Shown here piece by piece: positions 8,416 through 17,626 of a stretch of DNA of 64,000 nucleotides. The notes beneath the pieces are model-generated. The model ran no database searches and had not been told where the DNA came from. It was given only the letters and a program-made list of their open reading frames with translations. The position numbers and the translations under genes were made by a program. Numbering within the stretch: the stretch's first letter is position 1; every line of letters starts with the position of its first letter. The stretch spans positions 60,067-124,066 of IMG/VR virus record IMGVR_UViG_3300037851_000345; one strand, written 5' to 3'. The DNA is from a virus (taxonomy: Duplodnaviria > Heunggongvirae > Uroviricota > Caudoviricetes).

Positions 8416-10632
8416 GTGGGAAAATTTAAAGTGTTGGAAGTTAAACAACCTATAGACCCTAAGTGGGCTGATGCTATGGAAGAAGTTCATAAAACTATGA
8501 CTGATAAAGAATCAGTCAAGAAAAAACTAATCAAAACTTTTTCTTTAAAAGATGTAGAAAACACGATGACAGAAAAACTCCAAATAGCCATTAAAAAATA
8601 TCAAACGACTTATCCTAGTATGAAGGAGTGGAGAATTACCAAAGGTGAAGGAGAAAAAAGTCCCTCTATTGGTTTATACTTTACAGGAGATTATGATAGA
8701 GTAGAAATTTTTGACCAAATGATGACCCCACAAGGCGATATTATTCGTCCGATGTTGGATGAGTACCGCCAGAATTATGAAGATAATTTATATGTAATTA
8801 TCCAAGATATTTTTACAAAACACAAATTATCTATTTCCGACAAAGAAATAGAGACAACTTTTCCAGAATATATACCCGTACCAATCGATAGATTTTATCT
8901 TTATAAACCAAAATCGACACCTGAAAGAAAAAAAGAGGCTTTACTCAATTTCAATAATTTTAAACTTGATATCCCCTTTACCCTTAAAGTAGTTAATCAA
9001 AAAGGGGGCAGAAAAAAAATGGAAGAGTGTGGCGTAATGACCGATACTAAATTAGAAGTCGTTCCTATTATTTTAGCATATGATGATTTAAACCAACCCT
9101 TTGACCCAAAAGATTTATCACTAGAACAAGAACAAGTTGATTGTTTACGTGAAACAAATTCTGAACAAAACATGAAGACCGCTGACCGTAAAACTAAAGA
9201 AAATTATATTCAAGCTAAAGCACAATCAAACCAAATAGCAAAATCAATCGAACTCAATCCAAGATTCAAAACTATAGTTAGGGGATTAAATGATTTTTAT
9301 ACGCAAATCCGAGAAAAAGGAGTTGAATTATATATCAAAACTAAAAAATTAGACAAGGGTATTGATGTAAACAAGTACACCCCCGCTGATTATATTATGG
9401 TTAAATCAAAAAATATTCCAGTAGTAGAGGGTAATTCTGCGGCAGCGAAGTTAATAGCGTATAATAACTTGTTTGCTAATGATTTAATTGACCCAAAATC
9501 AGGACAACTAAAAGCAATCAAATCAGGAAAATTTGTCTTTGTAGGCGTCTCACAAAAAAAGACAGTAAAAGCATATGGTGGTCGTTCTGGACAATTTTTT
9601 TCTGTAATAAAAATGTCTGAATTTGGAAGTCTAAAAGTAAAAGATTCTGATGAAAACTTTGATTTGCTTAGAAGTGAATATAAGGAAATAAATACTAGGT
9701 TGGAAAAAATGGAAGATATTTTTGAATTGAACATAAATTCAGATTTTGCAACCTATACAGAATCCGATTCTAAAATTGCAACTGCACGCCTAAAAATGTT
9801 AAGGATGTTAGACAGTTTGATTTCTAGGACAGGTCGAACAAAACAAGAGAGAACTGAATACTTTTTGGATTTGGTTAAATTTTCTATGTGCGCTGGAGAA
9901 AAAAAAGGCAAGGATTGGCTTAACCCCTGTTTTTACAAACTATTGGGGGATAAATGGGAAGTATATAATAACCAAAGATTCAATGTTGAATTGAATATAT
10001 ATTCAAGCAAGATTAAAATATCTTATGGTGATAAATTCATCACGCTAACAATTCCTTTGATTATGACAATTGATACTGGGGAAGGAGCCTTAAAAAATGA
10101 GACCTTCGAAGTAGATGTTGAGTTTGAAATACTCAATAATAGCGTTTCCCCAAATATGAAACATTTGGAGCATATTAAAAAAAAGAGTACCCCACTTAGA
10201 ATGAGTACTGTGGTGGGAAAAGAAACAGGCGAAGACAATAAAAGATGGATACAAATACTCACTAATATAGGGAAGGGAAAAGAAGTCGAAAGATTGAAAG
10301 TATTATTGAAAAATAAATTTGAAAAAACGTGGTTCAAAGAATATAGATTTTTAGTTTATGATTTTATAAATAAAAATATAGAAAAAGTGAAAGATGCTTC
10401 TGACAAAAAAGAAATAATCCGCTCAATAAAATTGGATGAGGTTAGAACCAAAAAAGGCATAGGAACCCCGCAAGAAATTTCAAATCTTTATAATGAAATT
10501 TTACTTTCTTTCAAAAACGCCGAGGGTGTATTTTACGATGCTACTAATAACAAGTTCATTTTTACTGAATCATTGAAGCCATCACAACAAAAAATTGACG
10601 AAATCCTCACCAAATTAGACGAATACAAGTAA
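8416..10632 (+). CDS. Large AT-rich protein with possible PD-(D/E)xK-type nuclease core
   Basis: TPADYIMV...FVGVSQKK resembles the PAD...GxSxK nuclease variant; markedly AT-rich codon usage. Confidence 0.45.
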   Translation: MGKFKVLEVKQPIDPKWADAMEEVHKTMTDKESVKKKLIKTFSLKDVENTMTEKLQIAIKKYQTTYPSMKEWRITKGEGEKSPSIGLYFTGDYDRVEIFDQMMTPQGDIIRPMLDEYRQNYEDNLYVIIQDIFTKHKLSISDKEIETTFPEYIPVPIDRFYLYKPKSTPERKKEALLNFNNFKLDIPFTLKVVNQKGGRKKMEECGVMTDTKLEVVPIILAYDDLNQPFDPKDLSLEQEQVDCLRETNSEQNMKTADRKTKENYIQAKAQSNQIAKSIELNPRFKTIVRGLNDFYTQIREKGVELYIKTKKLDKGIDVNKYTPADYIMVKSKNIPVVEGNSAAAKLIAYNNLFANDLIDPKSGQLKAIKSGKFVFVGVSQKKTVKAYGGRSGQFFSVIKMSEFGSLKVKDSDENFDLLRSEYKEINTRLEKMEDIFELNINSDFATYTESDSKIATARLKMLRMLDSLISRTGRTKQERTEYFLDLVKFSMCAGEKKGKDWLNPCFYKLLGDKWEVYNNQRFNVELNIYSSKIKISYGDKFITLTIPLIMTIDTGEGALKNETFEVDVEFEILNNSVSPNMKHLEHIKKKSTPLRMSTVVGKETGEDNKRWIQILTNIGKGKEVERLKVLLKNKFEKTWFKEYRFLVYDFINKNIEKVKDASDKKEIIRSIKLDEVRTKKGIGTPQEISNLYNEILLSFKNAEGVFYDATNNKFIFTESLKPSQQKIDEILTKLDEYK

Positions 10633-10647
10633 GAATAACAAACGAAC

Positions 10648-10658
10648 TGTGGTATAAT
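10648..10658 (+). promoter_or_regulatory. Extended -10 promoter
   Basis: TGTGGTATAAT ending 9 nt before the HNH ATG; no SD. Confidence 0.7.
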
Positions 10659-10667
10659 TAAGATAGA

Positions 10668-11270
10668 ATGAGAACTAAACTAGAAAAATTAGAATATAAT
10701 AGAAATTACTATTATCTTCATAAAGAGGAGTTATCTAAAAAACGTAAAAAATATTCTGCTTTATATCGTCAAAATAATAAAGAGAAAACAAAGTTATATT
10801 ATCAGAATAATAAGGAAGAATTAAATAAAAAGAGTAGGGAACGTAATAAAAAATATTATCAAACCCACAAAAGTGAAATTAATGACAAACATAAAGAGTA
10901 CAGAAAAACACACAAAAAAGAAAACACCAAAAGAACTGTTGAAAGAAAAAAAATAGATGTGGGTTTTAAAATATCACATAACTTGAGAAGTAGAATTTTT
11001 GCGGCTATTAAAAATGGTTACAAATCAGGTTCAGCAGTCAAAGATTTGGGTTGTTCCATCCCCAAACTCAAAGCCTATTTGGAATCAAAGTTTCAAAAAG
11101 GGATGACTTGGCAGAATTGGTCTAAAACGGGTTGGCACATTGACCACATTCTACCTCTAACTTCTTTTGATTTAACAAACAGAAAAGAATTTCTAAAGGC
11201 TTGTCATTACACCAACCTTCAGCCGATGTGGGCAGAGGAAAATATACGTAAGGGTAGTAAATATGAATAA
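10668..11270 (+). CDS. Free-standing HNH homing endonuclease
   Basis: Basic N-terminal helical repeats; WHIDHILPL...HYTNLQPMWAEENIRKG. Confidence 0.85.
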   Translation: MRTKLEKLEYNRNYYYLHKEELSKKRKKYSALYRQNNKEKTKLYYQNNKEELNKKSRERNKKYYQTHKSEINDKHKEYRKTHKKENTKRTVERKKIDVGFKISHNLRSRIFAAIKNGYKSGSAVKDLGCSIPKLKAYLESKFQKGMTWQNWSKTGWHIDHILPLTSFDLTNRKEFLKACHYTNLQPMWAEENIRKGSKYE

Positions 11271-12183
11271 AAGAACTAAGTTAGTAATGGTGGATTTCAA
11301 TAATGTAATGTACCAAGTCGTTTTCAGTAGGTGGCTGATGGAGAAGTACAAAGGCCACACCACGAAGGAACTTGAAGGTGAGAAGTTCGAAGAGTTGGTC
11401 AGGGATAGCCTGAAACTGACCTTTCAAAAAATAATGAACATCCTAGAGTGGAATCAAACCACTCAGACCGACATCCTGTTTGCCAAGGACGGCTACAGGC
11501 TGTGGCGCAAAGACAGGCTGTTCAAAGAGTACAAGGCTCACCGCAAGGGAACAAGGGACGCTTCCCCTGTCGATTTCAACTTGGTCTTCAACGTGTTCGA
11601 TAGGATTTGGGAAGAACTGAAGGGTATCCTTCCTTTCCGCTTCATCAACATCGAACACATCGAAACGGACGATATCATCTACGAGACTATTATCTCCGAG
11701 TTGAATAAGTACGACAGTTTTCAAATCTACTCGACAGACGGCGACTTTATGCAACTGCTTCGCCACGACAAAGTGGAACTGTACAACCCAAAGACGAGGC
11801 GTTTCGTGGAATCGAAAGACCCTGAGTTCGACCTGTTCGAAAAAATAATCAGAGGGGATAAGAGCGATGGTATTCCGAATATTTACGCAGACTCCATCAC
11901 GGAGCGGCAGAAGCCAATCTTCACCACACGTGTCAAGAATTGGTACGATGATAAGAACGATTTCAAAGTGTTTCTCACTTCTCAGCCAAAGGAAGTCCAA
12001 AAACGTTTCATCAGGAACAAACGGCTGATAGACATGAGGGACATTCCCGATGACATTCGGGAGCAAATTCGCAAGGCCTTGGGTAACACCCGTATCAAGT
12101 TCAATTTCCAAGAGTACTTGAGGGTGTCGCAAAAGTACCACATCGACATCATGCAAGAGAAGGCCGAACTGATACCCCAATGA
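11263..12183 (+). CDS. rnh: T4 RNase H-like 5'-3' exonuclease (FEN superfamily)
   Basis: VDFNN, ETDDII, STDGDFMQL and GDKSDGIPNI acidic motifs. Confidence 0.9.
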   Translation: MNKRTKLVMVDFNNVMYQVVFSRWLMEKYKGHTTKELEGEKFEELVRDSLKLTFQKIMNILEWNQTTQTDILFAKDGYRLWRKDRLFKEYKAHRKGTRDASPVDFNLVFNVFDRIWEELKGILPFRFINIEHIETDDIIYETIISELNKYDSFQIYSTDGDFMQLLRHDKVELYNPKTRRFVESKDPEFDLFEKIIRGDKSDGIPNIYADSITERQKPIFTTRVKNWYDDKNDFKVFLTSQPKEVQKRFIRNKRLIDMRDIPDDIREQIRKALGNTRIKFNFQEYLRVSQKYHIDIMQEKAELIPQ

Positions 12184-12575
12184 ACGTAGCAGAAATTTTA
12201 AAGGAAGTCAGAGAGGACTTCACTCACAAGTACGCCAACCCTGTTGACCGACTTAAATCGAACTCCGATAAGGCACTCCGTTATTCGGAACTGTTGTTTC
12301 GGGTTAATCGGCAGAAGAACAGGCAGAAGATTGCGGTGGACAAGAAGTACTCTGAACTGTACAAGAGTGCGAAGTTCGACAACCACTTGCTCTTGAAGAA
12401 CAAGCAGGACATCGAAGCGCAAATCGACACGAACGAAGAGTACACCAAGATGAAGAATGACTTGAAAGAATGGGAGAACTTAGCACAGATGCTAGAGAAT
12501 CTAGTAGATATCTACCGTCAGCGAGAGGCTAGCGAGAGATTGATATTTAAGGCCGAGACAGGTATCGGGGGATAA
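12180..12575 (+). CDS. uvsY: Recombination mediator UvsY-like
   Basis: 131-aa all-helical protein of UvsY size and pattern; ATGA-coupled to rnh. Confidence 0.55.
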   Translation: MNVAEILKEVREDFTHKYANPVDRLKSNSDKALRYSELLFRVNRQKNRQKIAVDKKYSELYKSAKFDNHLLLKNKQDIEAQIDTNEEYTKMKNDLKEWENLAQMLENLVDIYRQREASERLIFKAETGIGG

Positions 12576-12750
12576 GTGAAAAGAGATTTGCGGATTCAGG
12601 TCAAGGACAATTTTGGCAGAAGTCAATACATCGGCTATTACACGAACATTTCGCTGTGGTCGGCGTTTTGGCGCATCGTGAACATCTACAACCTAGCCAA
12701 AAAAAAAACCACGTCAAGATAGAGATTGACGAGCATTTAAAGGAGAAAAA

Positions 12751-13494
12751 ATGAACAAGGACAATTTTGTAATTTTGGATATCGAGACGAACGTGGAGAA
12801 GGACATACCTATAGAGAAGCACTTCCACGTAATTCAAATCGGTGCAACAAAAATCACCAGCGGTGAGTACTGTAACTACAGCACATTCAACCACTATATC
12901 AAGACACAGAACATTGTGGAGCATCCCGAAGTCGGCACGAAACTGACGGACTTCATCAAGGAGTTGACGAAGATTACTCAGGAGCAAGTGGATTCCGCAG
13001 AGACGTTCCCCGAAGTGTGGAATAAGTTTTTGGTGTTTTCCGCACCCTACTTTGAGTTCTTCGCAAGTTGGGGCGGGTACGATTGGACGTTGCTGAAAAG
13101 GAATTGCTACCACTACAGCCTGCCGTTCCCGTTCAGATACCACGTCAACCTGAAGGACTACTACAAGGCGATTTTCAAGAACGAGGAAGTTGCCTTGGGA
13201 ACAGGGGTCAAGGCGGCATCTAAGTTTTTCGAACTCCCCTTCAACGAAGAGGTAGCGCACAACGGGATGGAAGACGCTAGGATGATTACGGCAATTGCGA
13301 AGGCGATGGCAGACAAGGAGTTTTACACTTTTAAAAAGTCGCTGTACGAGTTTGGAGAAGGAGACTTGCTGAAGCCTAGCAAGGTGGCGGCTCTCTTGCA
13401 CAATCCCGTTTTGGTGAGAGAATACAACAAGATGCAAAAGAGATTGACCGAGATAAAGGATTTCCTGTTTCAAGACCGCTTCGAAACGGATTAA
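12751..13494 (+). CDS. DEDDh 3'-5' exonuclease (ERI1/RNase T-like)
   Basis: ILDIETN (ExoI), SWGGYDW (ExoII), HNGMEDA (ExoIII). Confidence 0.85.
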   Translation: MNKDNFVILDIETNVEKDIPIEKHFHVIQIGATKITSGEYCNYSTFNHYIKTQNIVEHPEVGTKLTDFIKELTKITQEQVDSAETFPEVWNKFLVFSAPYFEFFASWGGYDWTLLKRNCYHYSLPFPFRYHVNLKDYYKAIFKNEEVALGTGVKAASKFFELPFNEEVAHNGMEDARMITAIAKAMADKEFYTFKKSLYEFGEGDLLKPSKVAALLHNPVLVREYNKMQKRLTEIKDFLFQDRFETD

Positions 13495-13496
13495 GA

Positions 13497-14612
13497 ATGA
13501 TTGTCAACGAAATTGAGATGCTAGGTTTGCTCGACACGAAGAACGTTGTTTTAGTCGAGCCAAATTACAGGCGCAAATACCCGCCCTTGGGATTGGCAAA
13601 AATATCAACCTACGTTAAGCGAAACGGCACCAAAGCCCGATTCGTGATGGGCAACCAACAGATTCCGCAGGACACCAACCTCTACTGCGTTTCGTCCCTG
13701 TTTACCTACAACACCAAGGAAGTGAAAGAGACGATTCGCAAGATTCGGTTCCTGAACCCGCAGGCTAACATCCTACTTGGCGGAATCGCGGCCTCTCTTG
13801 TTACCAAGGAATTTACCGAACAGGAAAACGTCAAGGTGTTCCCAGGCACTTCGCACGCGCTCGACCTGTGCGTACCCGACTACTCCTACGACTACCAAAT
13901 CGAAAAACCGTGGGACGAGTACTCTTTCACGTTCACGTCAAGGGGCTGTCCGAACCGATGTGCCTACTGCGCCGTGTGGCGGTTGGAGCCTAGGTACGAA
14001 ATCACCGAAAATTGGCGAGATCACATCTTAGAGGACAAGCCGTTTGCGATGATTAGCGACAACAATTTTTCCTCTCAGCCGATGGAACACATCGTGGCTG
14101 TTACGGAATTTCTGAAAGCGAAAAAGAAGAAGGTCGTGTTCGACAACGGCTTCGACTGCAAGCACATCGATGAGAACTTTGCCGAACTCGTAAGCGGAAT
14201 CAAGTACGTGCGTTCGGGATGCCGAGTTGCCTTTGACCGCATCGAAGAAGACGGAGTATTCCAAGACGCAGTTAAACGGTTAATCAATCACGGAGTTTCC
14301 CCTTCAAATATCATGGCTTACGTTTTATTTAATTTTACGGACAGTCCGCAGGGAGCCAACCACAGAATGACAGAGTGTGTAAAAATGAAAATCCGGCCGT
14401 ATCCTCAGCAGTACACACCGCTAAAGCATCTCGATAAGAAGCAAAAGTTTGTCGGTAAATATTGGACGGCAGGATTGCTCAGAGCCTTCCGTTTCTTTTG
14501 GCTGATGGCGGGCTACTACTGTAAGTACGATTTCGTTACGTGGGTGAAGAGCCAAAACAAATACGTCCTGACCAAAGAGGATTGGGACGCTTGGTACGGT
14601 AAGACGGCATGA
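13497..14612 (+). CDS. Radical SAM protein with N-terminal cobalamin-binding-type domain
   Basis: PPLGLAKISTY and ILLGGIAAS (B12-binding-type), SRGCPNRCAYC (CxxxCxxC), SDNNF. Confidence 0.85.
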   Translation: MIVNEIEMLGLLDTKNVVLVEPNYRRKYPPLGLAKISTYVKRNGTKARFVMGNQQIPQDTNLYCVSSLFTYNTKEVKETIRKIRFLNPQANILLGGIAASLVTKEFTEQENVKVFPGTSHALDLCVPDYSYDYQIEKPWDEYSFTFTSRGCPNRCAYCAVWRLEPRYEITENWRDHILEDKPFAMISDNNFSSQPMEHIVAVTEFLKAKKKKVVFDNGFDCKHIDENFAELVSGIKYVRSGCRVAFDRIEEDGVFQDAVKRLINHGVSPSNIMAYVLFNFTDSPQGANHRMTECVKMKIRPYPQQYTPLKHLDKKQKFVGKYWTAGLLRAFRFFWLMAGYYCKYDFVTWVKSQNKYVLTKEDWDAWYGKTA

Positions 14613-15940
14613 AAAAATTTACGCACATCGATTTATTTTCGGGAATTGGGGGATTTTCGTTGGCAGCAAAGCAAGTGTGGGGGGACGATTACCACAACCT
14701 GTTCTTCTGCGACAACAACAAGTACTGTCAAGCCGTACTCAGGAAAAATTTTGGAAAGGAGATTCTGATTTACGATGACATCAAAAAAATTAACAAGCAA
14801 CAAGTTATTGAAGACACCATCAGCCGCAGACGCTTACACGGACAAACTGAAGAAGAAAAAATGGAAGTTCGGGAACAGCGGCAGCTTGGCTCAAGAGATG
14901 GAAACGGGATTCTTTCTTCAGAGGCTCATACCCACTCCGACCAGCACGGACTACAAAAGCAGGGGCAAAGGGAGCAAGCAGATGGTCGTGGACAATCTTT
15001 TAAAGTTGACCTCCTCACAGCCGGCCCGCCTTGTCAACCCGCAAGTCAAGCAGGGAAGCGAGAGGGAGAAGATGATGACCGTTGGCTCTGGGAAGAAATG
15101 TTTAAAGTTATACAGGATTTTAAACCGACATGGTGCATCGTTGAAAACGTTTACGGCTTATTTACTCTCAAAAACGGAGTGGTCTTCGAATCGTTGCTCT
15201 CTAAAATGGAAGCCCTTGGTTACGAAGTCCAACCGTTTCTTATTGGTGCTGTCGGCAAAAACGCTCCCCACAAACGCTACCGGTTTTGGTTTGTTGCTCA
15301 CTCCATCGACAGTTCAAATCGAACCGAACGAAGACCGCTATCAAAAAAGAGTGGAGTACCGAGCCTCAGTAGACAGACAATGGGTGGCGGGATGCTTACA
15401 AGAACAATTGTCAATGATTCCGACCCCAAGCACAAAGGATGTTTCGGGCGGGGCAGTTCAAGCGACACAAACACCAACAGGGTTCAAGAGGGTGAGCAAG
15501 TCGGGCAAGTCTCACGGGGCGCAACTACACGATGTGATGAAGAGTGTTCCGATGTTAGGAACCCCGAAGGAACAGGACAGCCGAGTGGCATTGTCGGACA
15601 GGAGCAAGCACAACATGGGCGAACAAGTTCAACAGGCTTTGAAGGATGGAACAGGGATTGGTTTGAAGTTGCAACCGAATTTTGTAGAGTGGATGATGGG
15701 CTTTCCGCAAAATTGGACGGACTTGAACTCTCCAAATCCCAACACCGAGTCGAAAGATTAAAGGCCTTGGGAAATGCCGTAGCAGTCCCCTTGGTGGCTA
15801 CTCTGCTCCAAATGATAAAGGATGTTGAAGAAAACCTCACGGAGATTGACTCCGAGCAATTAAAGGCAAATTACCTAAATATAAGTGAAAAGAAAGGCGA
15901 ACTATTCGTCATCAAGGATTTAAGGAATTGGCAAAAATGA
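14609..15940 (+). CDS. dcm: C5 cytosine DNA methyltransferase (main frame)
   Basis: Motif I DLFSGIGG, IV GPPCQP, VI ENV, VIII HKRYRFW, X RLKALGNAV. Confidence 0.9.
   Translation: MKKFTHIDLFSGIGGFSLAAKQVWGDDYHNLFFCDNNKYCQAVLRKNFGKEILIYDDIKKINKQQVIEDTISRRRLHGQTEEEKMEVREQRQLGSRDGNGILSSEAHTHSDQHGLQKQGQREQADGRGQSFKVDLLTAGPPCQPASQAGKREGEDDDRWLWEEMFKVIQDFKPTWCIVENVYGLFTLKNGVVFESLLSKMEALGYEVQPFLIGAVGKNAPHKRYRFWFVAHSIDSSNRTERRPLSKKSGVPSLSRQTMGGGMLTRTIVNDSDPKHKGCFGRGSSSDTNTNRVQEGEQVGQVSRGATTRCDEECSDVRNPEGTGQPSGIVGQEQAQHGRTSSTGFEGWNRDWFEVATEFCRVDDGLSAKLDGLELSKSQHRVERLKALGNAVAVPLVATLLQMIKDVEENLTEIDSEQLKANYLNISEKKGELFVIKDLRNWQK
14775..15761 (+). CDS. Overlapping +1-frame ORF: putative second methyltransferase polypeptide (PTP repeats plus motif IX-like segment)
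   Basis: 328-aa ORF nested in dcm; four (P/L/G)TP-type repeats; ends LQPNFVEWMMGFPQNWTDL. Start codon uncertain. Confidence 0.7.
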   Translation: MTSKKLTSNKLLKTPSAADAYTDKLKKKKWKFGNSGSLAQEMETGFFLQRLIPTPTSTDYKSRGKGSKQMVVDNLLKLTSSQPARLVNPQVKQGSEREKMMTVGSGKKCLKLYRILNRHGASLKTFTAYLLSKTEWSSNRCSLKWKPLVTKSNRFLLVLSAKTLPTNATGFGLLLTPSTVQIEPNEDRYQKRVEYRASVDRQWVAGCLQEQLSMIPTPSTKDVSGGAVQATQTPTGFKRVSKSGKSHGAQLHDVMKSVPMLGTPKEQDSRVALSDRSKHNMGEQVQQALKDGTGIGLKLQPNFVEWMMGFPQNWTDLNSPNPNTESKD

Positions 15941-16131
15941 GAATTTTAGGAATTCCTCTTGTAATGGGTGATAAATATGCGCATGATAATTCTCCATCTT
16001 TGGATAGAATAATTCCAGAGTTAGGATATGTGAAAGGTAACATTATGGTTATTAGTCATAAGGCTAATACTATTAAAAGTAATGCAAATATTGAGGAGTT
16101 AGAAAAGGTTTTTTGTTTTATAAGAATTTAA
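15937..16131 (+). pseudogene. C-terminal fragment of an HNH-type endonuclease
   Basis: SPSLDRIIPELGYVKGNIMVISHKANTIKS without the preceding domain. Confidence 0.6.
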
Positions 16132-16144
16132 GAGAGGTAAAATA

Positions 16145-16615
16145 ATGAGTATCGTGCTGGGTATAGACCCTGGAAATTGTCAGTCCGCTTTTGTGCTTTT
16201 GGACACAGAGACACAGGAAATTTTATTTAAGACAATACTCCCGAACAAGGAGTGCTTCTTGGCCTTCGAACAAATCAAACCCGCCCCCGATGTCTGCGTG
16301 ATTGAACAGGTCGCAGGGATGGGAATGGCTGTGGGGGAGACGGTATTTGAGACCGCAGTTTGGAGTGGCCGGTTTTGGCAGATGTTAGATTCGTTAGGAT
16401 TTAAAGTCGAACGCATCAAGCGTATGCCAATCAAGCACATTCTCTGCGGGTCGAGCAGAGCCAAAGACAAGAACATTCGTCAGAGGCTCATCGACATTTA
16501 CGGAGAACAGGGAACAAAGAAAACCCCTGGCAAAACTTACGGAATGAAGGCCGATATGTGGGCGGCTCTCGCCGTCGCAACGGCTTGGGATATTCAGAAG
16601 AAGGAGAAGAAATGA
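16145..16615 (+). CDS. RuvC-like Holliday junction resolvase
   Basis: VLGIDPG, VIEQV and ADMWAALAVA RNase H-fold pattern. Confidence 0.8.
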   Translation: MSIVLGIDPGNCQSAFVLLDTETQEILFKTILPNKECFLAFEQIKPAPDVCVIEQVAGMGMAVGETVFETAVWSGRFWQMLDSLGFKVERIKRMPIKHILCGSSRAKDKNIRQRLIDIYGEQGTKKTPGKTYGMKADMWAALAVATAWDIQKKEKK

Positions 16616-16941
16616 AAGACTCTAACCCTTACGACTTAAACCAAGTGGCCGAGGACATGAGAAATGAAAGTTGGAAAGGTCATTTTTCTCCCGAATTGGA
16701 AAAAGATATAAATAGAGTTTTAAAGATGGGCGAAGAAATGAAAAAAGGTATGATGCGAATTTATAAGGTTGAGTTTGAATCCAGATGGCCTGTTCCTAAT
16801 GGATTGATTATTGCCGCTCATGGTGTTGATGAGTGTGATAAAATAATAAAGAAGACAGCTCCATATTTAAAAGAGTGGACTATTAAAGAAGTTGATATAA
16901 CAGAACCTTGTGTTATATTTTACGAAAGTGGAGATTATTAA
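16612..16941 (+). CDS. Hypothetical protein
   Basis: ATGA coupling after the resolvase; RBS AGGAG. Confidence 0.55.
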   Translation: MKDSNPYDLNQVAEDMRNESWKGHFSPELEKDINRVLKMGEEMKKGMMRIYKVEFESRWPVPNGLIIAAHGVDECDKIIKKTAPYLKEWTIKEVDITEPCVIFYESGDY

Positions 16942-17193
16942 ATGGAAAATTATAAAGGGTTTAACGCAATCAAAATTTATTGGTTTGATACAGAAGATAA
17001 TATGGTTTTTCGGGCAAAGGGTATAGATTATCAAACTGAAAGGGTGTGTTTTGAAACTATTCCATTATCAGAAGTTGCTGACGATGAATTACCCAAAATA
17101 ATGGAGATGTATTATCCAAGAAATTTAAAAATACCAAAAATAGTAAGACCTATTAAAATTGACTTTGTGAATTTAAAAAGGGAACAAAAATGA
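16942..17193 (+). CDS. Hypothetical protein
   Basis: Abuts its neighbours; RBS GGAG. Confidence 0.5.
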   Translation: MENYKGFNAIKIYWFDTEDNMVFRAKGIDYQTERVCFETIPLSEVADDELPKIMEMYYPRNLKIPKIVRPIKIDFVNLKREQK

Positions 17194-17498
17194 GTAAAGA
17201 AATTATTGAAACAGACAAAATTCAAATCAAGGTGTATTTACAGGACGGAAGGGTTTTCAAGTATTACGTTGAAGATTCCGTCAAGGCAAGGGAACACGCT
17301 CATAGAATCATCAATTACGGTTGGCGAAATGCTGTCAACGGTGTAATGGAGTATTATCCCGTTCATCAGGTGTTGAAGGTTGCATTCCCTGCACCTAATG
17401 ATGAAATGATTCAAAAGTATGAACAAGAAGCAGTTCAATATACAAATCTCCAGCCTTTATGGGGAGAAGATAATATGAAAAAAGGAGATAGAATATGA
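17190..17498 (+). CDS. Hypothetical protein with fused HNH C-terminal remnant
   Basis: Ends QYTNLQPLWGEDNMKKG, matching the end of HNH 10668-11270. Confidence 0.6.
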   Translation: MSKEIIETDKIQIKVYLQDGRVFKYYVEDSVKAREHAHRIINYGWRNAVNGVMEYYPVHQVLKVAFPAPNDEMIQKYEQEAVQYTNLQPLWGEDNMKKGDRI

Positions 17499-17626
17499 AA
17501 AAAAGATTTTTTTGGTGGGCAGTAGCAATTGCAACAGTCGTGGTTCTTGTGAACAACAAGAAAGTCAAGAAGGCTGTGGAAAAAGCAACAGATTTTTTGA
17601 TTGATAAAATTATCTAAGGGGCGAAC

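Noticed and set aside
12699-12708. A10 homopolymer as a phase-variation or frameshift site
   Set aside because: It lies near the end of a ~48-aa ORF in an AT-rich genome with many A-runs; no downstream frame gains a meaningful extension.
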